Assembly (NCBI GenBank): GCA_043228905.1
Contig: JBHGNT010000001.1
Span: 22,258,001-22,322,000 of the forward strand
Source of the DNA: Azolla caroliniana
Lineage: Eukaryota > Plantae > Polypodiophyta
Length of the DNA: 64,000 bases
Reading direction: 5' to 3'
The notes beneath the pieces were generated by a model. That model searched no databases. It was not told the origin of the DNA and saw only the letters and a program-made list of their open reading frames with translations. Each line of letters opens with the position of its first letter. Position 1 is the first letter of the stretch. The translations under genes and the position numbers were made by a program. Shown here one piece after another: positions 11,762 through 24,853 of this stretch.

Positions 11762-14577
11762 TAATGTTCATGGATTCATGGCACTATCCAACGTCTGAAA
11801 ATATGTAAGATTTGTGTGGTCACTATAAATGATGATTTGATGAGGCGAACCTTCCAAGAAATGTGGCCATTGCACAAAAGAGTTGACCACAACTAGTAAC
11901 TCTTTGTCAAGCACCTCGTAGTTGATCTCCACAACATTAAAAGAAAAACTCTTTGTCAAGGACCTCATAGTTTATCTCCACAACATTAAATTTTCTTGAG
12001 TGAAATGCGATTGGATGCAACTACCTATCTTCACCTGGCTGTGATCAATGCAAAGTCGGATGCATCTGCCTCAATGGTAAATGGCTTTTCTGGATCAACA
12101 TGAGCTAAGATAGGAGCTGATGTGAATGCCTCTTTCAACTGAGTAAAGACTTTGTCTACTTCAGGAGTCCAAACAAATGCTTGATTTTTCTTGGTGAGTT
12201 GAGTTACTCTCTTAAGCGTTGGAGTACGTTCCGCACATATATATCATGCTCCGCCTATGTTCTAGAATAAATCAATAGATCATCTAAATAGATGATGAGA
12301 AAGATATCTAGAAAATCTCGGAAAATATCATTTGCCATATGTTGAAACACGACAGGAGCATTTGTGAGCCTAAAAGGCATTACTGTATACTCGAAATGGC
12401 CATACCGAGTGCGAAATGCAGTCTTCCACTCATCTCCCGGTTGAATATGGACAAGATTATATACACCCTTTAGATCAATTTTGGTATAATGCTTTACCCC
12501 ACCAATGCACTCTAAAAGACTGGAAATTAAAGGTAGAGCATACTTATTTCTTATTGGGTCGTTATTTAATCCCCGATAATCCACAACCAAACGAAGTGAG
12601 CCATCCTTTTTCTTCACGAAAAAGATAGGAGCACTAGTGGGAGATTTTGAATGTCGAATAAACCCACTTGCAAGATTCTCGTCGATGTATGCTCGAAGAA
12701 CCTCAACCTCCGTTGGTGACAGATTGTAGATCGGACCCCATGGTGGCTCTTTTCTTGTTGTAGATCAATGGGACAATCTTATGGCCGATGCTTTGGAAGT
12801 ACACTAGCTTTGACTTTGTCGAAGACATCAACTTATTCTTCATACTTTTTAGGAATGTAGACCTTTGACTTCCCTTGAGTGTCACTAGAAGGTGCAATTG
12901 ATATGGAAAATAAGAATAAATCTTCTTTTGCCCCTTCTTGGCATAATTGTTGTAGGGTGATGGTTGAAATTTGATGAAGAGGAACAACGTGTTTGGTAGA
13001 GGGTGAATTGGTAACACTAAGTTTTTCAAGAGGAGGATCCTGGGTTCGACCCTTGACTACTATGTTTTCTTTTGAAGGGCACCTAAATTCTTGTTGTCTC
13101 CAATCAATTCTTGGGTTGTGTAGCTCCAACCAAATGGCTCCAATTTTGGCCGGACTTATTCGTTTGACTCCTCTTCTAATTGGCTTAGGACCTCAAACTT
13201 ATTGGATAGATTTGGATTACTAGAATCACTAGTTGCCATAGTTTCAACGATGCTAGACTCATTTCTATTATCCTAGTTAATGTGATGTACTTGACGGCTC
13301 GGTCTGTGCGGGCAGTGAATGGAAATATGTCTTGAACCTACACAATATAAGCATAGTTGATTTGCTCGACGACGTTGTTTCTCTTCATCCGATAACGGTC
13401 CTCGTCGTCGGGTCATATCAATTTCCATATGTGTTGGGCTATCCATTGGTGTTCGGCTACATGCTTGTCATGGAGTTGGGACTGGGCTATATTGTTGCCT
13501 TGGAGATTGTGCTGTCACTAATGCATAAGTTGGCGTAAATCTTGATCTTGTTTGTTATTATCGCTAAGACCGACACTCAAAAAGCCGATTATCACACCGT
13601 ACTACTCGGCTAATGGCTTCTGTAAGGGATTTTGGATCCTCAGGGAAGGTAAGAAGTAAATCTTTTACATCTGCATGGAGGCCCGAACGAAACTGCTCCA
13701 TTAGGGCTTGTTCATCCCAAGGAATATCACTTGCAATGAGATGAAAATTGGCTGCATATGTTGATGTTGGTTGGTCCCCTTGCCGTAATGTGCGAATCCT
13801 GTTGATTTCCATTCGTACACTATCTGTGTCTCCGAAGCAAGTCTTAAACTCTTTGATAAATTCTTCAAAGTTGTTAAGTAGGGGAGAATTTGCTTCTAGC
13901 AATGGAGCAAACCATGACAATGTCGTGCGAGTCAATAAAGAGCCTACTAACCCGACTCAAGATGAATCCGTCAGATAACGTGTGGGATGCATCGGGATCA
14001 CCAACCGCACTTGATTTATAAAACCCCGAAAATGGGCTCTTGAACCATCGAATTTAGCTAGGAGGCTGATTTTGGGCTCCTTAAGAACTCCTTGACCGTT
14101 GCCTTTTAGTTGTTGTAAAGCTACTATTGCCAACTCTAATTGTTGAACCCTTCGTGTATTTGTTGCTTCTCTACAGAAACCTTATGTAGATCTTCAAGCA
14201 GTCGTTGATTGTCTAGCTCTAGTGATGCAAACTTGCTTTTGAGATTCTCCATTTCTGCAACAAGGACGAGGTATTCTTGTGGGTTGCTAGCAGCCATGGG
14301 TATTGACTAGTGTTTGTGGAGAAGGTAAAGGAGAGGAAGTTCGAATCAAACTGTCAGAACAAAGCAAGAGATTGAACGATTGAAGGAAGGTATAAGAGAA
14401 TAGAAGAAGAGAGGAGAATGGATTGATAAGAGAAGAGTGGGTTTATTAGAATAGAATGAGTACAAGGATGAGTTGGATACAAGGTAGGCTTGGAGATGAA
14501 GACTGGTGTTGATTCGAGTTGATTTGACATGATCTATTTGTCTCTATTTATAGGTTTCTATAGAATAGCTTAGAGAT

Positions 14578-14667
14578 TTCTAGAATGTTCTCGAATGTTC
14601 TGGACCTAGAATATTCTAGGATGTTTGAGAAGATTTCTAGAATGTTCTAGAAAGTTCCAGAAGTTTC
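14578..14667. promoter_or_regulatory. Heat-shock element arrays (5-pentamer and 7-pentamer blocks) upstream of TATA (14545-14552) in the gypsy-B 5' LTR
   Basis: TTCtaGAAtgTTCtcGAAtgTTC and TTCtaGAAtgTTCtaGAAagTTCcaGAAgtTTC. Confidence 0.8.
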
Positions 14668-15271
14668 TCTGATACAATAATCGCTATGAAAAGTAGCCTT
14701 TATCATTTCACGTCCTCATAGGTTACCTTAATGGTTACGCTTCGAATTTCATAATACAAAGTCCTGGGTTCAAGTCCAGGTGAAGCATAATGTTCATGGA
14801 TTCATGATAGAATTTACGTCGATCCACCCGCCAAAAGAATCCTGTAGTTCGATATGGGTACAATGAGTATATGGCAAAAGTGGCAGGAATGCGTGAGTCG
14901 GAGAGCTATGCAGAAGCGGCGAAAAACGCCAATTGGCGGAAGCCATGGAGGAAGAGATGCAAGCATTATCGGAGAACAACGGTTTGGACCTGGATAATGC
15001 CACCAAGGGTGTGAAACCGATCGGATGCAGGTGACTGTACAAGGTCAAGTACAACGTCAACGACTTGGTCAATTGATATAAAGCCCGTTTGGTGACCAAG
15101 GGCTACATGCAGAAACACGACATCGATTACGATGACACCTTCGTATCAATCGCGAAGATGACAATTGTCCGTGTATTGCTGGGAGTAGTAGCGACAAAGG
15201 GGTGGCACTTACATCAGATGGATGTAAAGAACGTATTCCTACAAGGCGATCTTGAGGAACATGTGCACATG

Positions 15272-18200
15272 TGTTGGGAATTCGGTCCCTCCGGATGGGA
15301 CCTGGATGATATCAGGAAGGGTTCCGGATGAGACCCGAAAACCGGATCGAGTAAATCCGGATGGATCCGGTGCAAACTAGATCAAAGGACATATGTGTAA
15401 ATATGTTTCATGGTTAGCCTATTGAGGCTATATTTGTAAATAGCCCAAAATTCATATAAGTATAAATATGACTTAGGGCAATCACTTTATGTAGAGATGG
15501 TGTAGTTGTGGTTGTATCATTGTTGTACATAGAGTGTGAGAAAGCGAGCGAGCGAGAGAGATATAATACTAGTTTTTGTTGTAATAGGTGGTTGGCGAAG
15601 ACATAGAGCTCGAGGTCATTGCCTCTGAGTCCCACATTGTATTCCTCCCCTCATGGTTATAGTTGGAGTCTATGGGCTCCAGTGGTTTTTCCCATTTAGG
15701 GTTTTCGACGTTAACATTTTGTGTCATCTTATTTTCAGTTTGCTCTATTCCATTCATTGTTTTAAGACTCGGTTGAGGCCACGCATCATTTTTGCGTCAA
15801 TCTGGTATTAGAGCGAACATGTTCAAGCATGTTCAAGCTCACCAGCTCCAACTACCCAGTGTGGAAGTCGAAGATGAGGGACATGCTCGTGGTCAAAGAT
15901 CTCTGGCTGCCGGTACAGTTCGGGGACAAGAAACCGGATAAGATCGATGCCATGACATGGGAGCTGATGTACATGAAGATGATGGCATACATACAATGCT
16001 TCATCGACATGAACATGTACAACAACTTCAATGAAGAAAGTAAGGTTCATGTGCTTTGGGAAAAAACCTGCACCATGCTGGAGAGTAAAAACGCCATAAA
16101 CTGGGTTTTGGTATTCCGGAAGTTAGCGAGACTCCAGTACCAGGACGGATACAACATGGTAGAGCACATGAATGCATTTCAGGGGCTCATAAATCAAACA
16201 ACTTTGCTTGAAGTACCTCTGGCCGACGAGGTACTTGCATTTCTCCTGCTCGGTTCCCTCCCGGATAGTTGGGAGACGCTAGTTGTCACTTTGGGCAACG
16301 CCGGACCGGAATGAAAGCAACTATCCCTAGCAAGAGTGAAGTCGAGCTTACTAGATGAAGAAGCTCGCCGGAAGGATCGGGAATCCAGAAGCAACCCAAA
16401 GGCCTTGCTTGGTTACGGAAGATGACCATAACTGGGGGAGAAACCGGTACCGAAGTCCCTAGAATAGGGAAAAGTCGGGGACAAGGTCGAAGTCAAGGGG
16501 GAGGTTTACTTGCTTCTATTCTGGGAATCTAGGGCACTTCCAGAAAACTGTCGGCATTTCCAGAAAGAGAAAGGAACTGACAGTGCCGATTCGAAGAAGG
16601 GTTCAGATTGGAATGGTTCGCACCGGAAAGGCTCGGATCGGAAGGGAACGTCGGCAATCGCGACAAGTGAAGAAGAACTACTGCTCATCACTGAGGAGAA
16701 TGAGTTAAACCTTGTTGGTGACGAGACAACGTGGGTTGTCGATTCCGGAGCGTCGTTCCACCTAACACTGGACCGGAGATGTTTCTCATCCTACACAATA
16801 GGAGATCACAGTTGTGTCCGGATGGGGAATGAAGGGACCTGCCGAATCATCGGCATAGGAGATGTGTTGTTGACGAGATCAACGGGATGCAAGTTGCTAT
16901 TCAAGGATGTCTAACACGTTTCGGAGGTTCGGTTGAACCTGATATCAATCGGTCAGCTAGATGATGAAGGCTACACTGGTAGCATCCAAAACGGAGTCAT
17001 GAAATTCAACAAGGGAAGTTTGATTGTGGCTCAAGCCTAGAAGATCAACACACTATACCTGATGCAAGCTCGGATATTCCGGGAAGAAGTGAACGTAGCA
17101 TTTGACACTACTAGTGAGTTGTGGCATAAGAGACTGTGCCACATGAGCCAGAAGGGGATGAGAAGACTTGCTGAAGATAACTTCATTCCGGAGGTGAAAT
17201 ACGTGCATCTTGATAAGTTCACCAATTGCTTGGCTGGCAAGCAATACCAAACCTCCTTCTGGTCAAGACCACCGATGAGAGGAAATGCACCACTAGAACT
17301 GGTGCATACCGATGTGTGAAAAGTCAACACAAAGTCACATGCTGGATCGCAGTACTTCGTAATGTTCATAGACGACCACATCCGGAAGCTGTGGGTCTCA
17401 CTGTTGAAGATGAAGGATCAGGTGTTGTTCGTCTTCAAGGAGCTCCACGTGAGAGTTGAAAGAGAAACCGACCGGAAGCTGAAGGCAGTTCAAGCAAATA
17501 ACGGAGGAGAATACCGGGGGTAGTTTGAGGAGTACTATCGGCCGAAGGGAATCCGGCTCGAATTCACCGTGCCGAAGACGCCAAAATTGAACAGGTTGGC
17601 CGAACAGATGAACCAGACCATAATGGAGAGAGTCTAAAGTACGCTAGCACATGCAAAGTTACCCAATACATTTTGGGTTGAGGAGATGATGACGATAACG
17701 TACGTGATTAACAGGTTACCCTTGGCACCCTTGGAAGGAGACACACCACAGACAGTATGGACCGGTAAAGATGTGTCTCACCGGCATCTGAAGGTGTTCG
17801 GGTGTCTTGCATATGTGCATGTTGCAAAGGACAAGAGAGAAAAGTTGGATCCGAAATCCCGGCCATGCATATTCCTTGGATACAACGATGATGAGTTTGG
17901 TTATCAAGTGTGGGATCTGGTTGACAAGAAGGTGTTCTAGAGTTGGGATATAGTCTTCATGGAAGACCTGACCATTGCCAACTGGGAGTCAGAGAAGAAG
18001 GTGAAGAACTCTGGATCATCCAATGAAAACCGGTTTGAGGACACAAGGACCTACCCCGTTGAAAACCAAAAGCTAGCTAGTAATAGATTGAAACTCGATG
18101 AACGGGCCGGATTCGGACAAGCAACCGAACCGACCGAAGAAGAAGAAGAAGGAGACACTAGAACCGGACAAGACCCCGAATCAGATTCGGATGAAGAACA

Positions 18201-19063
18201 AACAGAGGAACCGATAGTTGAAGACCAAAGGAGGAGATACCCTCTCAGGGAGAGAAGAGCCCCCTAGATATTTCCGGATGCAAAGCATTTATTACTGACC
18301 GATGAGGGGGGGGCCGGAAAGCTTCGAAGAAGCAAAGAAAGACACCCACAACCGCAAGTGGTTGAATGCCATGCATGACGAGATTGATTCCCTGCATGAG
18401 AACCACACTTACAAACTGATGGAGTTGCTAAAAGGAAAGAGGGCACTCCTGAACAAGTGGGTGTACAAGCGGAAATCCACCAAGGTACAAAGCCCGGATC
18501 ATGGTGAAGGGGTCCCAACAGAAGAAAGGAGTGGATTTCGACGAGATCTTTGCCCCGGTAGTAAAGATGACATCCATCCGGACGGTATTGAGCATAGCGG
18601 CAAGCATGGACCTTGAGATAGAGCAATTGGATGCCAAGACGACATTCCTATATGGCGACCTCGAAGATGTGATCTACATGCATCAACCGGAAGGATTTGA
18701 GATGAAAGGGAAGGAGCAACTGGTGTGCTGGTTGAAGAAGAGCGTATATGGATTGAAGCAAGCCCCCCAACAATGGTACTAGAAGTTCGACTCCTTCATG
18801 AACGACCAAGGGTACCACAAGACGCAAGCTGACCACTGCGTGTTCATGATGAAATTTGACGGACGCGACTTCCTGATACTCCTGCTATATGTGGATGATA
18901 TGTTGATCGTCAGATGAGATGGAATCAAGATTTGAATGCTGAAGAAGGCCTTGAAATGGACTTTCTCAATGAAAGATTTGGGCCCGGTAAGACAGATATT
19001 AGGGATGCACATAATCCAGGATCGGTTGGAGAAGCTATTGTGGTTGTCACAGGAGAGGTACGT
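15272..19063 (+). mobile_element. Copia-A element 2, 3'-truncated (5' LTR 15272-15799, PBS 15803-15814, gag-PR-IN-partial RT)
   Basis: PBS TGGTATTAGAGC. ORF fragments 15829..16314, 16510..16914 (WVVDSGAS), 17062..17319, 17686..17940 and 18501..18782. Confidence 0.9.
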
Positions 19064-19628
19064 TGTCGTCAAGATCCCTACTATGTGCGGATTGCGAGGC
19101 AGAACCACCGGGGTTCTGGACTGGAAGGACTCGAAGTTTGCACAAGCTTTAGCGAGAAAGTATTTAAGATAGATTGAAAGAGAGAGAGATTGAAATAAGT
19201 TAAAACGCTTGACTTTAGATTTGAAGAACAAGATTAATATATCAATTGGATAACAAATTTTCTTCTTAATTTTAATTTTGATATAAAGTACAAAAGCCCC
19301 CTTTGATATTTTTTATCCACCCTTTTATAGATGCTCCCATGCATATGATGCATGTGAGGGTACAAGACATGCATACAATGCATGAAATGCATGTGATGCA
19401 TGTTTGCCATTTGGCGCTCATGCATCACATGTCACTCAATCAAGCTCTAATATGAGAATTTACATTTAAAACTATAATGATAGGAAAAACATTTCTAAGG
19501 AAATGACATAGCCTAGTAGTAAGTTTATTGCCTCCTATCTTGGAGGTGCAAAGTTCGAGTCTTGCTTGCATCTTTTTCTTTTATGCACAAAATACTATTA
19601 GGTTTTTGAACAAAATAACTTTAAGACA
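19064..19628 (-). mobile_element. Solo-type LTR of a gypsy-C-related family with non-matching flanks
   Basis: Termini TGTCGTCAAG...CTTTAAGACA. Shares the GAACCACCG...GGACT segment with the gypsy-C LTR. Minus-strand TATA at 19323-19329. Confidence 0.65.
19500..19570 (+). other. tRNA-like A-box/B-box module in LTR
   Basis: TAGCCTAGTAGTAAG, CCTCC-TATCTT-GGAGG stem, GCAAAGTTCGAGTCTTGC, followed by TTTTT. Confidence 0.7.
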
Positions 19629-19940
19629 CCATGCACCACAACAAAGCTAAAGCTGCAGACCATAAAGGTCAGATTCCTAATTTCCTTCAGGTCTATACAC
19701 ATCATTTAAGTAATAGTCAATGTTCTTTCCCTCACTATGTATTGGGTCCCAATGATTTTCTTTTATGCACAAAATACTATTAGGTTTTTGAACAAAATAA
19801 CTTTAAGACACCATGCACCACAACAAAGCTAAAGCTGCAGACCATAAAGGTCAGATTCCTAATGTCCTTCAGGTCTATACACATCATTTAAGTAATAGTC
19901 AATGTTCTTTCCCTCACTATGTATTGGGTCCCAATGATTT
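19574..19940. repeat. 182-bp tandem duplication
   Basis: 19574-19755 is repeated at 19756-19937, nearly identical. Confidence 0.95.
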
Positions 19941-22900
19941 ACTACGTGCAAACGGGTATATCAATGGATCTCCCGTACAATTTTTGTTTGATTCGAGAAG
20001 CTCACACAACTTTGTGAATGATCGTTTGGTTCAGATATGGGGAATCCAACCCACCGTAAGTGATCACACCTATACGGTGCATTTGGCTGATGGAAGAGTA
20101 CAATACATCAACGGAGCGATTCATTCATTAGGAATTTCTATTGATACTTACATAGAGGAAGTAGACTTCCATGAAATGAATCTTTGTACCACTAATGTAA
20201 TACTGGGTTATCCCTGGTTCTATAATAAAAACTTTTCTTTATCTATTGATTGGGTTCATCATTCCATTTCCTTTGTACTGAAAGATTGTACTCATTTTAT
20301 TCCATGTGTAAAAAAACAATCCCTCTCGATTGTTTCCTCTCCATCAATATCCGAGTTGTCTTGTTCTACTCTATTTTATTGTGTACTTGATCTGGACATT
20401 CACGTTTACAATATCAATAATGTCTCGGTTCAATTAACATATTTTGAACAACAATAACTTGATGAAATCTTAAATGATTTTCCTGATGTTTTCCCAGGTG
20501 AACTACCAGATGGATTACCTCCTAAACGTAATATAGACCATCGTATAGATATTGTACCTGGTGTTGCACCAATAAGTATACCTCCTTATCACTTAAGTCG
20601 ATCTGAAGAGGATGAGGTATCTAAGCAACTCAAGGACTATTTACGAATGGGTTATATACGTTATAGTAAATCTCCATGGGGTGCACTAGTTCTCTTGGTT
20701 AAAAAGAGAGAGGGCACATGGCGTATGTGTATTAATTACCAACACTTGAATAAAATGACAAACAAGAATTCGTATCCATTGCCCCGGGTTGACGATCTAA
20801 TTGACCGTCTCCAGGGAGCTCGGTATTTTACAAAACTTGATCTCCGTACTGGCTACCATCAAATTCGTATAAGTGAGGACGTTGTTCCTAAAATGGAATT
20901 TCGTATGCGCTATGGCCATTATGAGTTTTTGGTTATACCTTTTGGTTTGACCAATGCTCCGACTACATTTCAACAAGAAATGAATGACATTTTCCGAGAA
21001 CAACTTGGAAAATTAGTTGTTATTTTCTTGGATGATATTTTAGTTTATAGCCGTACATTACAAGAACATGTTAAACATGTCCGCTTTGTTTTACAAACAT
21101 TGCGTGACAAACAGTTTTATGCGAAGATCTCAAAATGTGAGTTCTTCAAAAAATCAATTACTTATCTTGGACATCTCATAAACGAACGAGGAGTTGAAAT
21201 TGATCCTTCTCGCATCGAGAAAATCAAGCTTTTGTCCACTCTTCGAAATATTCGAGAAGTTCGATCATTCCTTGGTTTTGTCAGGTTTTTGCGAAATCCC
21301 TTTGTAATTACTCCCAATTGACAACGCCGTTTATTGATCTTCTAAAAGGTCAAACGCGTAAGTCTACAAAACCTATTGTCTGGAATGCTACACTAGACCT
21401 TGCCTTTAAGGAACTCAAGGACCTGGTGTGCAAGGCTCCTTCACTTCTTTTACCTGATCCTTCAAAACCTTTCGAGGTAGAAACCGATGCAAGCGATTAT
21501 GCAATAGGTGTTGTCTTATATCAAGATGGTAAACCAATAGTATTCAAGATTAAGAAACTTGATTCTGCTCAATGTCGGTATACCGTTCAAGAAAAGGAAT
21601 TATTTGCAGTTATACATGCGCGCTCAAAACATGGCGCCATTATATTTATGGAAATCACTTTGTGGTAACTACGGACCACGAGTCCTTGAAATATTTTTGT
21701 GACCAACAAGACCTGAAAGGTTGTAAGGCACGATGGGCTAATCTCATCCAGGACTTTGATTTTTCCATACGATATCGTATAGGTTCCATGAACACTATCG
21801 CTGATGCACTAAGTCGCATCCTTGAAGTTAACATGCTTAGCTTCACTGAAATATCATCAGATCTTTATGATCACCTTCGAGGAAAGTATCCTGATGACAG
21901 TTATTTTGCAAAATACTGAGCAAGAGTTGAGTCTGGAACATACACCACCACATCCTCGAAGGAATACTTCCACATTGCTAACGGTCTTCTCTACCGTAAT
22001 GGGAAGGTTTGTGTTCCAGATTTTCCTGAGGCCAAAAAGAGAATTCTTTTTTAATGCCATGATGCACCCTCAGCAGGGCACCCTGGAATACATCGTACAC
22101 TCGTTCTCATCTCCACTCAATTTTATTGGCCTAAGATGCGTCTTGACATACATAGCTATGTGACTAAATGTCACCAATGTCACGTTAACAAAGTCGAGCG
22201 ACTTAAAGCTGTTGGACTTTTACATCCCTTGGACATTCCCAACAATAAGTGGGAAAGTATATCCATGGATTTTATTGTTAGCCTTCCTCACACCCAAAAA
22301 GCCCATGATGCCATCTAGGTTGTGGTTGATAGACTAACTAAAATGGCCAGATTTATTGCTACTAAAACCACGGTAACAGCTCTTGAATTGGCTTGCCAAT
22401 TCGTTGACGAGTTATTTTGTTTTTATGGGTTACCGATGGATATCGTGAGTGATCGAGATCCAAAGTTTACTAGTGACCTCTGGAAGCAAGTCTTTAAGAA
22501 GTTAGAAACTACGTTGAGCATGAGTTCCACGGATCATCCTCAATCCGATGGACATACAGAACGAGTAAATCAAATTATCGAGGATATGCTTCACGCATAC
22601 GTTGGTGCAAAACCAACAAAATGGGAACGTTATCTCCCAATTTTGGTGTTTGCTTATAACAACTCCAAGCATACGTCGACAGAATATAGTCCTTTTATGT
22701 TGATGTATGGTTTTCAGCCATGAGCCCCGATTGATGTTAATATACATCATGATGAGTTGCGAAGTACGCAAAACTTTCTTTGGGATTTTGAAACTATGTT
22801 GCATATTGCACGAGATAATATAAAAACAGCTCAAGATAGAGCACATTTTTGTGCCGATCATCATAGGCAACCTCGTGTATTCAACCCTGGACAGAAGGTA

Positions 22901-23748
22901 TTTTTACATGTACCTCACAATTCTAAGACATTGTCTAAGGGTAAGTGCTAAGTTAGCCCCACGGTTTTGTGGACCTTTTACAGTCCTCAAACGCATTGGG
23001 TCATCAACCTATCGTCTCGCTCTTCTTGAAGGTGTGAGTCGTCTAAAAGAAATTCTAGGTTTTGGCGACAATACAGTTACAACTGAAACTCTGGTTACTT
23101 TTGAAGAATTATCTTCTAAACCATTTGTACCAGAAAGAATTCTCGATGTTAAAACAAAAAAATTACGTACTAAAGAAATCCGAGAATTTAAAATAAAATG
23201 CATGGCTAAATTAATAAAAGATGCCACATGGGAACGCGAAAATACTCTCAGAACTAACTTCCGTAACTTTCCATTGGAAGAGTGCAATGTTTTAAAGAGG
23301 GGGAGTATGTTATGGGCATGACCATATAATATCCCGTAGTGAGAATTTACCGTAGTATTCTATACACGTGGATAAGTGTGAGGGTTAAACGAGAGTGTAA
23401 AGAAGGGGAGGATTACTTTTAATCCTCGGGATTGAGACAACCCATTAGGCCAAGTGTGAACTTGCCTGGGGGCCTTGGGTATCGCTATAAATAAGAGGCC
23501 TAGCTACCCTCATTTGATCATCTTGTTGACTACGTCGAGACTCTGTCTTGTGGTGGGTCAACTCTTGTAGCGAGCACGCCAGCACCAGGTACAACTCGAT
23601 GCCACGGTAGTGGTATGGGACGCCGATCGAGGCTCAAGTCCGTCTCGATCCCTTCTCTCGGGGGTGGTCGGGTGGATCGGCACCCTTCTTTCTCTCTCTC
23701 CTTTCTATCTATCTATCTATATTCTATCCTTATCTAATGCTTACATTA
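19629..23748 (+). mobile_element. Gypsy-D chromovirus, 5'-truncated (PR-RT-RH-IN-chromodomain, PPT ~23294-23306, 3' LTR 23308-23748)
   Basis: Protease FDSRSSHNF, RT FLDD, RH ETDAS, IN SISMDF/SDRD, GPF motif, and chromodomain VPERILDVK...DATWE. Confidence 0.9.
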
Positions 23749-23749
23749 G

Positions 23750-24348
23750 TTCATGTCTCTAAACGTGTGTGTGTGTGTGTATGAAAGTATTGTAGCTTGT
23801 ATCACCCTGTATGACCTATATATATAGACTTATAGTGATATGTGGAATATGTATTTATGTCCTTGTATGCATATATGCATGTGTCAATGCACATGATTTA
23901 ATGTATCTGGATGTATTTATAATATGTGCATAATATGTATGTATATATCTAATGTATGTATGTGTATGCATATATGTACTATTATAGTGTGTATGACCAT
24001 GCATGTGTCTATGTTCGTGTATGTGGTGATGTGTATGTACATATGTAATGTATGTATGTATGTTTGTAAAATTTGTATATGTAACATTGTAGGCATATGT
24101 ACGTATATATGTGTAGCAATCTATGAATGAATATATGTATGTACATGTATGAATGTATGTATCTATATATATGTAATGTATTTATGTATTTATATTTTTG
24201 GGATATTTTCATGTCTAGTATGTGTATGAATCGTATATGGATTTATGTTTTCAATATGTACGTAATATGCAACCATATATCCGATGTGTGTGTATGTATG
24301 TATGTATATATGTAAGTATTGTAGGTTGTATGGTTCCATATAACCTAG

Positions 24349-24379
<31 letters not shown>

Positions 24380-24853
24380 TATGAATATATGTGATGCAGT
24401 GTATGTAAATTTGTATATTGTGTTATATGAATGGATTATATGATATGTAATATGTAAATTTTAGGCATGTATTAGTATCTTTCAATATGTATGGCTTATT
24501 ATAATATATATGTAGCATGTATGCATTTACATATTTGTATTTATGTATGTGTATGTACATATCTACATATGATAATATATATTTGTATGTATATTCATGT
24601 TTAGTCAGTATGCATGTATAAATGGGTGTAATGTATGTATATACATATTTATGGATGTAATGTTTAAATGTAGGTACATATATGCATGTATATGTATGTA
24701 TGCCACTCCAAATTTGAGTATTGTTTTCACAATATATTCTTTATTATCTCATTGAAATATCTAATATTTCATGGGCCTATTATAATATGTATGTAGCATG
24801 TATGCATTTACATATTTGTATTTATATATGTGTAAGTAGATAGATCTACATAT
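23750..24853. repeat. Degenerate (TA/TG)n microsatellite with a ~280-bp tandem unit; continues at 29282-29570
   Basis: TATG/TGTA-rich. 24600-24778 is repeated at 29282-29470, and 24493-24570 is repeated at 24775-24853. Confidence 0.9.

Larger units (their letters stand above)
11352..14809 (-). mobile_element. Gypsy-B (Tcn1/sushi-like) element, internally deleted (no integrase or PPT); LTRs 14352-14809 and 11352-11783
   Basis: Direct-repeat LTRs with TSD GAAGT/GAATT. PEG10/sushi-like gag from 14297. RT motifs VDYRGLN and YLDD. RNaseH YSDHTNL abuts the 3' LTR. Confidence 0.9.
8148..15271 (+). mobile_element. Copia-B element 2 (LTR ~8148-8612, gag-PR-IN 8709-11351, RT start 14810-15271), degenerate and interrupted
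   Basis: The LTR start is homologous to the reverse complement of 57768. Motifs: zinc knuckle YWYCGRKGH, protease WYVDSG, integrase LIHSDVWGP, RT QMDVKNVFL. The reading resumes as LRRSTRQKNPVVRYG after the gypsy-B insertion. Confidence 0.88.

Noticed and set aside
23924-24443. Cys/Met/Tyr-rich ORFs (and the Leu/Ser-rich ORFs at 58706..59306)
   Set aside because: These are translations of microsatellite or minisatellite DNA.
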